DNA of 64,000 nt from Ptychomitrium polyphyllum (Eukaryota), in NCBI GenBank assembly GCA_973851085.1, contig OZ316776.1:14322001-14386000 (forward strand). Reading direction: 5' to 3'. The position numbers and the translations under genes are program-made. Of the stretch, positions 53,454 through 64,000 are shown one piece after another. The notes beneath the pieces are model-generated. The model was not told the origin of the DNA. It saw nothing but the letters and a program-made list of their open reading frames with translations, and did no database searches. Numbering within the stretch: position 1 is the first letter of the stretch; the number at the start of each line of letters is the position of its first letter.

Positions 53454-56116
53454 TCAAGCAGGAGTACCCAATGTGGCACCTGTCTTGGTAACAAGTCGTG
53501 CTGATTCAATCAATAACTCTTCCCCAGTAGCCAAATAGTCATCTGTTCCCTGCACACGAGGAAAAGAGAATCAGGATGAGCGACTATTAGGACAACGAGT
53601 TCTTAAATGATAGCAGGAATATTAGAAGGATCAATACATTAACACCAACATCAGTTTCTTGAGATATTGATATTAGTTTTATGAGACAGGGCTTCACAGA
53701 AAGAAAAAAATATAGTAATCTCAAATTTTCTGTAGAAGGGAACTACATTAATACAGAAAATGTAACTTTTATTGATCACAATTTGGGATATAATTACCAT
53801 TGATTTGAGGTTGCACGTAACAGCAATATTCAAAGATGATGGTCCAACTTGAGATACATGACAACGAGGATTCTCCTTCTCCAAGTACACTTTCGGATGA
53901 GACGTCATCATCTTCCGAATCTCACTTGTGATGCCAGGAATCTTTTCAAGATCTTGAATGCGCACCGGTAAGTTGAATGAATAACCTCGATAACGTGCCA
54001 GAGATTTGTTTATTATAACCTGCAAAAGAACCGTTGCACTTCCTTGAAACAACTGGCATATTACTTACAGTTATGAGCAGACACTTTCAACATGGTTATG
54101 GAGATTTCCAAGTCCAGTAGTCATTTGAAGATAGTCAATGAATAAGATTTGTTACATCAAACTCGAATTGCTGAGCATTTGTTGAAAAGCTACATGTTGC
54201 TGGCTGATGTGATGGTTGAAAATGATAAGGCAGTGTCTTCTCATTAAACAGTGCTATTAGAAGATGTTTCTATATCATAAAAAGCATGTCACAGCAGAAA
54301 CAACAACCTGATTGGAAAAGTATGAATTGGGTACAACGATCGGAAACTTGTCGGTATTGAGCAACTGTGTTGTATGTAGACCCATCTCAACCACTTGTCC
54401 ATTTACAGATCCAGCCTGCCAAACAGAACAATTGGTTTTCAACAACGTCAACAACCTAGTATTGCAAAACTAGTATTTTCACCTTGATATGGAAACTGAA
54501 AAGAAATACCTTATTGCTCAGATGATGCGTTTAGTGAAGAGACGAGAGTTCGAAGCTCAGATTCATCTAGTCATCTAAGAGAGGCTTACAGAAATGGTGT
54601 CTCCAACGGTGAAGGGCCTTGAGAATTGTAATGACACCCCACTGAGCATATTCCCCAAAATATCCCTAGCAGCAAAAGCCGTGGCAACACCTGTTTTCAG
54701 AGCCAGAAAAATCTCTCGGAATTAGGATCACGAGTGCAAGCAGACCAAGAGAACAAGTCAAAACAAATGATTCTGTTATGTCAAGTTCACTCGGAAAAAC
54801 ACCTAATCAACCAATCGATTATTCTGCAATCTACTCTCCATGGCCGGATCAACCACACTACTTCGACTATTGAAATGTTTCGTTTATATCATAATTCAAA
54901 TATCTCTTATATCCGGCAACCAAAACGTACCTCCAATTCCTCCGATTGTTAAGATAGACTGTACAGCCACTCCACATGCTTCGGCAAAAGCCATGCCTCC
55001 CAATACAAATAAACCTATGGATGATAACCGATCCATGGTCAGATAGCGCTCCCTCTCTGGATTTGTCATTGTTTGCCCGGTTAGCATGCGGGCAAAAGCA
55101 TTGCTCTTCCACCGATATGCAAACCAGATAGCACTTATCACTGTCGCTCCACTCCATATTTGTGTCAAGTATTGTGCACCTATGGATGTTGGTGCCACGA
55201 TGTAACCCCTGACAAACCACACATGATTTCACATGAAGATTTGAGATACTCATAGCTTTGAGATTTCAAATCTTTAATTCCAACCCTGGAATATATTATC
55301 TCTTCAATCTCAGGATCATACACCCCATAGGGCCATTGCAAAGATTACTTACAGGTAGCTGAAAGTCACAGCTGAGGCAAGCAAACGCGCTGGCAAATCC
55401 AAAGCGCTAAATACACTTAATTCGTACGGTTGTTTCTCCTGCGGTAATCGCCCCAGTAACCGCGCAGTAGGACCTGCCTCTACGTAGGAATGGAATTTAC
55501 GCAACACCTTCGGAAGCAAGAGCCATGCAACTAAGGACACGCCGATGGCAGAGGTGGCAGGTACCACTAATTCGGCTACACCCCCACCTGATGGATCCAT
55601 CCAATTGTCAACAGCAGGAAACATCTTGGCTGCTGCCTCTCTTGAGCTCTCCAATAAGGAGTTCACGGCATTCCGAGTACTCTCAGCAACATTCGCAATG
55701 GAGTCGGCTGGCCCGCCAGATGCAGCGCCTTCGGTGCCACTCGGTGGAGGTAAACCCGGGCCTGCAGCTGAAGGAACAGCAGACGCAGCACTAGTAGCAA
55801 CATCTTTCTTACTCGAAGCAAAACCCCTGACGTGGCTTTGGGTTTCTGCAAGCCAAATATGCTGTAATCCTGAATGGCGACTTTGGATTCTCTCACCACG
55901 AGCTACAACGCCCACGCTCGATTGACCTGGAAAGAACCTTGAAGAACCATAAACTCCTCCGCCTGATGCGGACTCTTGCGCAGTCATATTTCCCTGCACA
56001 TGCGAAGGCAGCTTTGCCGAAGCAGGAAGAAAGCGCACTACAGGTGATCGGCCCACAGGCATTGTCGGTGACAACTTGGTGCACCGAGCCATACTCGATA
56101 TGGCAGCTTTGATCAT
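53454..56116 (-). CDS. MSL1: MscS-like mechanosensitive channel, MSL1-type, long form (~522 aa) with putative mitochondrial presequence
   Basis: Exons 56116-55353, 55208-54931, 54690-54590, 54415-54308, 54019-53798, 53549-53454 (1569 nt, in phase). The N-terminus is rich in R/S/A, poor in acidic residues and contains VRGFAS. Core motifs: VQSILTIGGIGGVATAFAARDILGNMLSG, RPFTVGD, VPNSYFSNQVIINKS. Confidence 0.93.
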
Positions 56117-58199
56117 GACGATCTTTGCTCTTCACCTACATTCCGTTAAGTCCATCTCCAAATTTGATACACATGATACAGTTCAGGAAACGGCAGCTAC
56201 TTCGTCCATTCACTCCATCAACACATATACAGCACACCCATTCTCATCACATCACAAATCCTCTACACTAATGATGTTTGTGCTAACACAAAGGACAGAT
56301 TTCAGATAGAGGTTTACTTAGCCCTGCGAACGCAGCAGATCAACAATTTCATGGGCAGGGTAAATGTGGATGCTCACCTTATTGAGAAGCTATATCCGTT
56401 TTCCACGGTTGACCGAAACGAACTGCAGCACGCTCTTCATACACTTCTGGTGAACAAACTACAAGGCCACACCTCAGAGAAACAGTAGAGGGTTCAAGGT
56501 AACTGTACTCTCGACATTCGCACGCCGCTACTAACTCGACACACAACACACTTCGACAAGGGATCGGCAGAATAACGTTGCCCGTTACTCAGTTCCTCAC
56601 GCTGCTACTCTCTGAGCAGTACAAAACTTAGATTCCGAGAACATCAACATCTCTAAAACAAATTCTCAAATTTGTCAACGCTGCGCAGACGCTTCAATCT
56701 TCTACCGCTGTTGTTACAAAAAAAGAAGTGCTCTAAGCGACTCCAAAACCCCGAAAACCCTAAGTGGCAAATTCGCAGGCCTCTTCCAAGCTGCCATATA
56801 AACTTCACATCGAGCGCCAGCTCATCATTTGTAATAATAAAAATTGAACAAGGGGCCAACACGCTCAGGGTCCGGGACACTTGGAACCCCAGCATAGTCA
56901 ACACTACACACGTGTGACAGCGGACATATCCTTTTGTGGCGACAAAACTTGAACTTGCAAACTATTGGGCCATGTCCTCATTACAGTGAAGGCAAATATG
57001 CTTGGCCACAAGAAATCTAGGATGGGGTCAGTAGCAACAACCACATTTGTAACTGTAAATACCTTCAAATTTTGAAGGCCAATACTTTAAATCTCCAACA
57101 CCCTTCTTCTTACACCCTAAATCCTCACCTCCACTTGCTATTCCGGCCAATAAAAAATCATTGAGAAAATCAAAGAAGTCACCACTATTTGGCTACTTAG
57201 AAAATTAACACTATGTGGTCTACTAAATTATCTTCTAATTATTCACCTACCTCTATTTAAGAATTAATGGTGACATTTTACATTTTGAATAAGTTAAAAC
57301 CAATTTTTTTTCAAAGTTCTTGAAACATACTAGTATTCTTCTTTAAAAAGGAAAATCTATAGAATGAAGGATTGTCATATAATATTGATTAGAAGCAAGA
57401 TGAAATGCATATTAGTCTTGCTAATAGAACTTGTAGAGCATACTATAGTATTTGTTCTAGATTTTTGCATCAATTCTTATTATATCAAAAATTCCTTAAA
57501 GGCTAATTCTCTTAACTAATTCCTTGTTTATTGTGTTAGTACCTAGACTTCAAGATGATGTACATAGCTTTACTTGAAAAGTAGCATGGATGGATGAATT
57601 ACAAGCATCTATATTACATCCATAAATAATATTGCACCTTAAATATTATAAAAGACACTTTTTATTACTATCTTAGCCTATGTTTCAACAAAATAAAGGG
57701 TGTGCTTTAGCGCAATAGATTTGCTATAGAAATATCTTTGAATTAATTGTTGTGTTATATATAAGACACCTGGATATTTGTTTCCATAGCACAAGTGTGC
57801 ATTGGAATTGATTTGGAATAAAATAGGTGAATATGTTTTTACATGTTTGTTTACTTCAATTAAGTACATTCTTTTTAACTCATATTATTGTCAAACAATA
57901 AGCAAATATCTAAGTGATTTGTTTTTTTTAAGCTAAAGTTGCTATCATTTAAAACCTTAAGAATGTAATACATGATGGATCAGTCAAATTGCGTCTTAAA
58001 ACAAAAGCCTTTAAATAATATAAAGACTTCTTTGTCCACTAATTCTTAATTGCATAATGAATAGAAAAAAATTAAAATAAAATTGTAATTAAAAATATTT
58101 CTTAAAAAATGTTTTGTTTTACTAAATTGTATTGAAATTGAAGAAAAATATCACTTTTTGCAATACCAAATTTGAAGATTGCTTTTACTCCATAATATG

Positions 58200-61100
58200 T
58201 GTTAGAGATACAAGAAAAAAAAAACAAAAACAAAGTATTTTTTAAGAATTAGCTTCTAAAGAATTAATGATTCATAAAAACCAATACAAATACTAGAGCA
58301 AAGCAGGATACAATATGATCCAGAACTTGTGTTGACAAGACTAAAAAATACCTTGTCTTGTCTCTTATTTATACTATGACGCTTGTATTTTTTAAAATAC
58401 TTCTAAAGAAGCTTCCTATAAGGTTTAAGAATGTTCTAGAAGTCTATGGAATCTTTCTAAAAAAAATTCCAAGATATTGGAACCTTCTTTGGAAGTTTCC
58501 TAAGATGATGGAACCTTCCTATGAAGTTTTTAAAGGTAGTAAAATTTTCCTAGGAAATTTTCCAAGAACATAGAACGGCTATGGAGACATTAAAAGTATT
58601 TTAAGAAAGTACTATAGTATACCAAAAGGTTCTAAAAACTATGTTGTATGATCTATATCCGTAACATTACCTCTTCCTTTAGCGGCAAGTCCTATAAGAA
58701 GCACTTCTGTGGCTTGATTGTCACATCTCTACAAGTTCCAAACTTTGTTAAAGAAAAGAAGCAACATATTCTAATCGTTGTCCTAAACCCTAAACCCACT
58801 TATTCAACTAGACCTTGTAAGGAGCGCCAATGACCTATAGCCAAGACTTCTATTATTGAAATGTTTAGCCTAAAATTTGATGTTAGTTAAGTCTTTAAAA
58901 ACATCCTCCAAACAAGATCTCAAGTCCTCTAAGAATGATTCTTCCAATTTCTAATAAGATGATTAGAGCTCAACCATCTGAATTAAGGCTGGAATGTTAA
59001 GAGCAATTAGCCAATACTTATGTACAAGGTTGCACTTGAGGTTGGAATGTCTCTCTCATATCTTGACTTAGATCTTCCAGTACTGAAGGTTAAAAAAATT
59101 AAATTGGTTCAACAAATGCTGGTGTTGAAGAAGGCACGGCCAACTACTCTACACGCATATCCATGATTACATAAAAATTTCACATACTAGCTAGGATCTA
59201 GAGATGGTTTATTTTGGAAATAATGCTGCATACTTTTGAAAATTTGGATATCTCTTCCCTCTTCTTATACTTGTCTATGGGAAAAACTTCTTTGTGAAAC
59301 TAATGGCTACTGATAACATGTCATCATTGCTCTAGATTTTGAGGATATCTTTGATGAAATTTGCGCACCCTGTTCGATGCATTTGTTACGTTCATCAAAG
59401 GTTTCCATATTTGGTAATTGATGTCATATCCTTGCCAATGTATAAGGTACTCCACACGTCCATTCTTGATGCATGAATCTAAAATCTCTTCAATTTCATA
59501 GTCTATTTCATTATCGCTTTCCACCAAAGGAGGCGGAGGGACAACTCTCTCTAATATACATGACTTGTTGTAGGTTTCCAACAACAATACGTAGAATATT
59601 AGATGACTTTGTATGGTTGGTGGTAGTTTGAGGTAATAATTAATTGGATTTATTTATTTATTGATTTCAAACAATCCCAGCCTTTGATAGATCAACTTCT
59701 TCAACGGTCTTTTTGTTTGTATGTTTTGTTGTAGGAGCCATATGCTATCTCCAACCTTGAACTTTAAATGGTCCTTCCAATGATAATTTACATAAATTTT
59801 GTAACGATCTTGAGCTTGTTGTAACTAAAAGGCAAGTTCTTTTTTGGATTTTAGCAAGTTGAGTTGCAAAATCTTCTACAGCTAGATTTTCTAAACGTTT
59901 CAGCTAAAATGGGTCTGCTCAAGAATAATGGCCATAGTTTGCAAAGAATGGACTTTGAGTTGTTAAAGAATGTATTGTATTATTATAAGCAAACTCTGCT
60001 AAAGGTAAGAAGTCCATCCAGTTGTTTTACTTGAAGTTTATGCTGCAATAAAGATACTACTCCCAAATTTAATTCATACATTTGGTTTGATCATTAACCT
60101 ACGGATTGTATCCAAAAGAAAAGTTGATCTTCATGCGCAACAATTGGAATAAAGCCTACAAAAAGTTGGAAATGAACTGTGGCCTCTGATTGAATACAAT
60201 ATCATTTGGTAGTCTATGTATGTGGTAGACGTAATTTAGGAATAATTTGGTAGTTTCTTCTCCCGTTACCATCTTGTTGCATGGAATAAAATGTGCCATC
60301 TTGATAGATCAATCTACTACTACCAAAATAAAATCTTTAAAATTGTATTTGGAAGATCCGTGATAAAATTCATTGACAATGACAACCATAGATCCTTTGG
60401 TACTTGAAGTGGATAGAGGAGACCATGAGATTGATGTCTTGGTACCTTGGCGTCTTGTTGCAACCCTTGTAATGCACCTTAGCAAGCGTCACGCATGTCA
60501 ACCCTGTACACCCCCACATGCACATGGTTAACCCCCATTCTCACTCTCCAAGTCCCTCTATCATTTCTCTTAGGACACCCAATTGATTGGTAGCCAATGG
60601 TTAGGTGCAAACTTTCATTCATGTCCAAGGCCTAACTTGGTATTACTCCCATTCCACACGGCCTAACCGCACTTAGTAGTGTCTCCTCACCACCACTCAT
60701 GATCTCTATGTGATCCTAAGATCACCCCGGGCTATCATGGTACTGACATGAAAACACCACCCCAATTTAGTGGTAACAAGCGTGCCCTCTTGATCTCAGT
60801 AGTTCCCTTTCTGAATTTGATCGTCCATCGGCTTACAATGGTGTGGGAGTCCCTGTGGTGAAGCCCCAACATTAGCTCTACCAACCGGGACTCACGTTTG
60901 ATTCCTACCGGGACACTAGGGGAGTGGGGAGGGAGAACAGCCCTCCCTTATAGTACTCTCTACGGGATTCGGCAGGCCCCCTGGCCCTCTGTAGTTGGCT
61001 GAACTCGACACACCCAAAGTTTTGGAAGACCACCTGATCTCCCTTGGGACTTAGCCGCTGGAAGCCTCCGGAACTCCCAACGGACCTTTAGGGCGCCATA

Positions 61101-62968
61101 TCTTCCCTTATCCGGTGCTCAAATGTATCAAGCGACCACTTTATCGTCATCTACTCTTTGCGTAGATGCCGATAGACTCCTCAAACGTCCAATTTGAGTT
61201 AGTATTATGGGAGATACGCCTCTCCCAAGGTTCGGGACTCCCGGGGAGTCCCTCCTTGGACTGTCCCACTCCAGTACAATCACTGTGTTGGGGTACCACA
61301 GTCCAGAATAGCCCCTTGGCAACCCCAACTTTGGGATGCCATAATTTTTAGCTCCCTTGTCCGATTTGAGCAATCTTTAGCATTCTAGAATCAGCTCTTC
61401 GTAGTTCTCCCAATGCTTATGATTTATTCCTTGTTGCCCTCGGTCTACATGGACAAGGATGTTTCTTCTCCTAAGATTCTTTCCCACGCTAGGCTCACTT
61501 GGTTCCCCTCACTATCAGTGCCACAAGTCTCGGACGTCACTCTAGAGTCCCCCTTGTGCCCTTAGTGTTTCGGGCACTTCTGAAAGAGAGGTGCGCAACA
61601 CCTCTGCACAAGTATTGGATCATCAGACAAAGTTCTTCATGTATTTCCACATTTGCACCTATCAATAGTCTCTAACAATCAACTCCATTGTTTTATTGAA
61701 TCCAAAATGCCCTGCTACTAGAAAATTATGACGTGCTTGAAAGATCTTCAATTGCATAGGACTTGGAGGTAGGTATAAAAGTCCTTTATAATACAACAAA
61801 CCCTCTTGGAATTCAAATTCCTCTTTGCTATTTGAAGAATCTCCGTTGTGTTTGAGGCACTTCATTATATTTGGAACAAAGACATCATTCTTCAAGGTTC
61901 TCCAAATTTTGTCAAGACAAAATGTTGTTGTAATAATTGTTGCTTTCAATTGAAGATTCTTTGATTTCAATAAAATAGTCATTTGTTGATCCAAAACATC
62001 ATCTTCAAATTAAGGCGCTAAATAAGATCTTTGAAATAAAACATCTGGTTTATCTTGGAAGCTACCAAATCCATAGGTAATAACAAAGTCAAATCTGAAA
62101 AGCAACATATTCCACCTTCCTTGACGGCAATTCAGAATGCTTGCATTTATAAAGTACCCCAAATTCTTGTGATTCTGTGTATATTATAATGGTATGTTAA
62201 GCTCTTTCTAACAAGTGCTATCATTTGTCAAACGCATCCACAATTGCAAGTAATTCCTTATTATGTATATTATAGTTGATTTTTGTCGCTGAGAACTTCC
62301 TTGAACAAAAAGCAATTGATTGGAGTCTCCCGTCTTTGTCATATTGTAAGAATACCAAGCCAAGCGCAAAATTTGAAGTATCCACTTCCAAATAAAAAAG
62401 CTTTGATGGATTTGGATGAATAAAGATTGAATCTAACGTGAATGATTTCTTAAGATTTTAAAATGTTTTTTCTGCTTCTTCATTCCAAGTGAATTTTTTC
62501 TTCCCCGTAAGACGTGTCAATGGTGCAGCAATCTTGGAATAATCCTTGATGAATATCTTATAGAAGTTTCCATATCCCAAGAAGCATTGAACATCTCGAA
62601 TTGATCTTGGCATACTCCATTCCATGACAATGGTTATTTTCTTCTCATCCATATGGATTCTTCCTTTGGAAATGATGTAGCCTAAAAATTCAACCGAGAA
62701 TTCATGGAAAAGTCAATTCTCCAATTTAGCATATAATCTTGTTGGCATAGTTTTTTTTAAGATTAGTTTCACATGATATTTATAATCTTGTTTATCCTTT
62801 GAATATGTCAAAATGTCATCCAAATAGATGACTATGGAATTGTCCAAATATTCATGGAAGATATCATTCATCATATGATGGAAGAGTATAGCAGCATTAG
62901 AAAGGCCAAAAGGCATGACATTGTATTCAAAATGGCCATACTTAGATCGAAAGGCGATCTTCCATTCG
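58200..62968 (-). mobile_element. Second, partial copy of the chromovirus (3' LTR, chromodomain, integrase, RNase H, RT) with nested insertions
   Basis: LTR 58200-58666 followed by a PPT. Chromodomain DYEIEEILDS..YLIHWQGY, integrase, GHFGFNKT, and RT (YLDDIL, EWKIAFRSKYGHFE). Collinear with 38887-42480 and interrupted at 60456 and 62969. Confidence 0.9.
60456..61600. mobile_element. Nested 1145-bp solo-LTR-like insertion of a different, GC-richer family
   Basis: Ends TGTTGC...GCAACA, flanked by CGTCT/CCTCT (5-bp TSD, one mismatch). It splits the host integrase sequence and has no TE protein motifs. Confidence 0.85.
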
Positions 62969-64000
62969 TGCCGCGCACCTCTTCTTGAGGAGTGCCCACA
63001 ATACTAAGGGCACAAGGGGGACTTTAGAGTGACGTCCGGGACTTATGGCGCTGATAGTGAGGGAACCGAGTGAACCTAGCGTGAGAAGGACCCTTAAGGG
63101 GGGAACATCCTTGCCCATGTAAACCAAGGGCCATGAGAGATAAATAGTAGGCATTGGATGAATCACGAAGAGCTGATTCTAGAATGCTAAAGATTGCTCA
63201 AATCGGACAAGGGAGCTAAAAATTATGGCATCCCAAAGTTGAGGTTGCCAAGGAGCTGTTTTGGACTGTGGCAGCCCTACACAGTGATTGTACTGGAGTG
63301 GGACAGTCCAAGGAGGGACTCCCCGGGAGTCCCGAACCTTGGGAGAGGCGTATCTCCCATAATACTAACTCAAATTGGACGTTTGAGGAGTCTATCGACA
63401 TCTACGCAAAGAGTAGATGACGATAGAGTGGTCGCTTGATACATTTGAGCACCGGATGAGGAAGATATGGCGCCCTAAAGGTCCGTTGGGAGTTCCGGAG
63501 GCTTCCAGCGGCTAAGTCCCAAGGGAGATCGAGTGGTCTTCCAAAACTTTAGGTGTGTCGGGGTTCAACCAGCTACAGAGGGCTAGGGGGCCTACCAAAT
63601 CCCACAGAGAGTACTATAAGGGAGGGCTGGTCCCCCTCCCCACTCCCCTAGTGTCCCGATAGAGACCAAGGGTGAGTCTCGGTTGGTGGAGCTAGTGTTG
63701 GGGCTTTACCACGGGGACTCCCACACCATTGTGAGCTGGTGGACGGCCGGTTTCACGAAGGGAACTAGCACGTTCAAAAGGGTACGCTTGTTACCACTAA
63801 GTTGGGGTGGTGTCTTCACGCCGGCACCATGATGGCCCGGGGTGATCTTAAGATCACATGGGGATCATGAGTGGTGATGAGGAGACACCATTAAGTGTGG
63901 TTAGGCCGTGTGGAATGGGAGTAACACCAAGTGAGGCCTTGGACATGAATGGAAGTCCGCACCTAACCATTGGCTACTAATAAATTGGGTGTCCTAAGAG
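62969..64000. mobile_element. Second copy of the nested LTR family in opposite orientation, runs off the window end
   Basis: Begins TGCCGCGCACCTC, the reverse complement of the 61600 end. It is collinear with the reverse complement of about 60567-61600 and interrupts the host RT just before EWKIAF. Confidence 0.88.

Noticed and set aside
55525..55925. Plus-strand ORFs antisense to MSL exon 1 (and similar antisense ORFs over SCPL, AP2A and the kinase)
   Set aside because: These are shadow frames of GC-rich coding exons.
61128..63439. 81-aa ORF shared by both nested LTR copies
   Set aside because: It starts with TTG, has no recognisable domain, and its conservation is explained by recent common origin of the two repeats.

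Overview
This is eukaryotic land-plant DNA with GT-AG introns and AT-rich intergenic sequence full of decayed transposons. The gene content and chromodomain Gypsy elements look moss-like; that is an inference, not a database match. Four intact spliced genes are present: a serine carboxypeptidase-like II gene (-), the AP-2 adaptor alpha subunit (+, about 27 exons) and two MSL1-type MscS-like mechanosensitive channel paralogues (-). The paralogues share five identically sized coding exons, but one lacks the whole N-terminal presequence region and has an ABRE-rich upstream region. There are also an F-box pseudogene and a protein-kinase pseudogene. Mobile elements include a full-length decayed chromovirus (Ty3/Gypsy) with TSD, a solo LTR of the same family with a perfect TSD, and a second partial copy carrying two oppositely oriented nested LTRs of another family. 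CACTA and Sola-like (DUF7869-type) transposase relics also occur. The chromovirus LTR carries a heat-shock element, a variable array of ~31-bp palindromic repeats and a Tf1-like self-priming signal in place of a tRNA PBS. All calls come from manual reading and translation; no searches were run.
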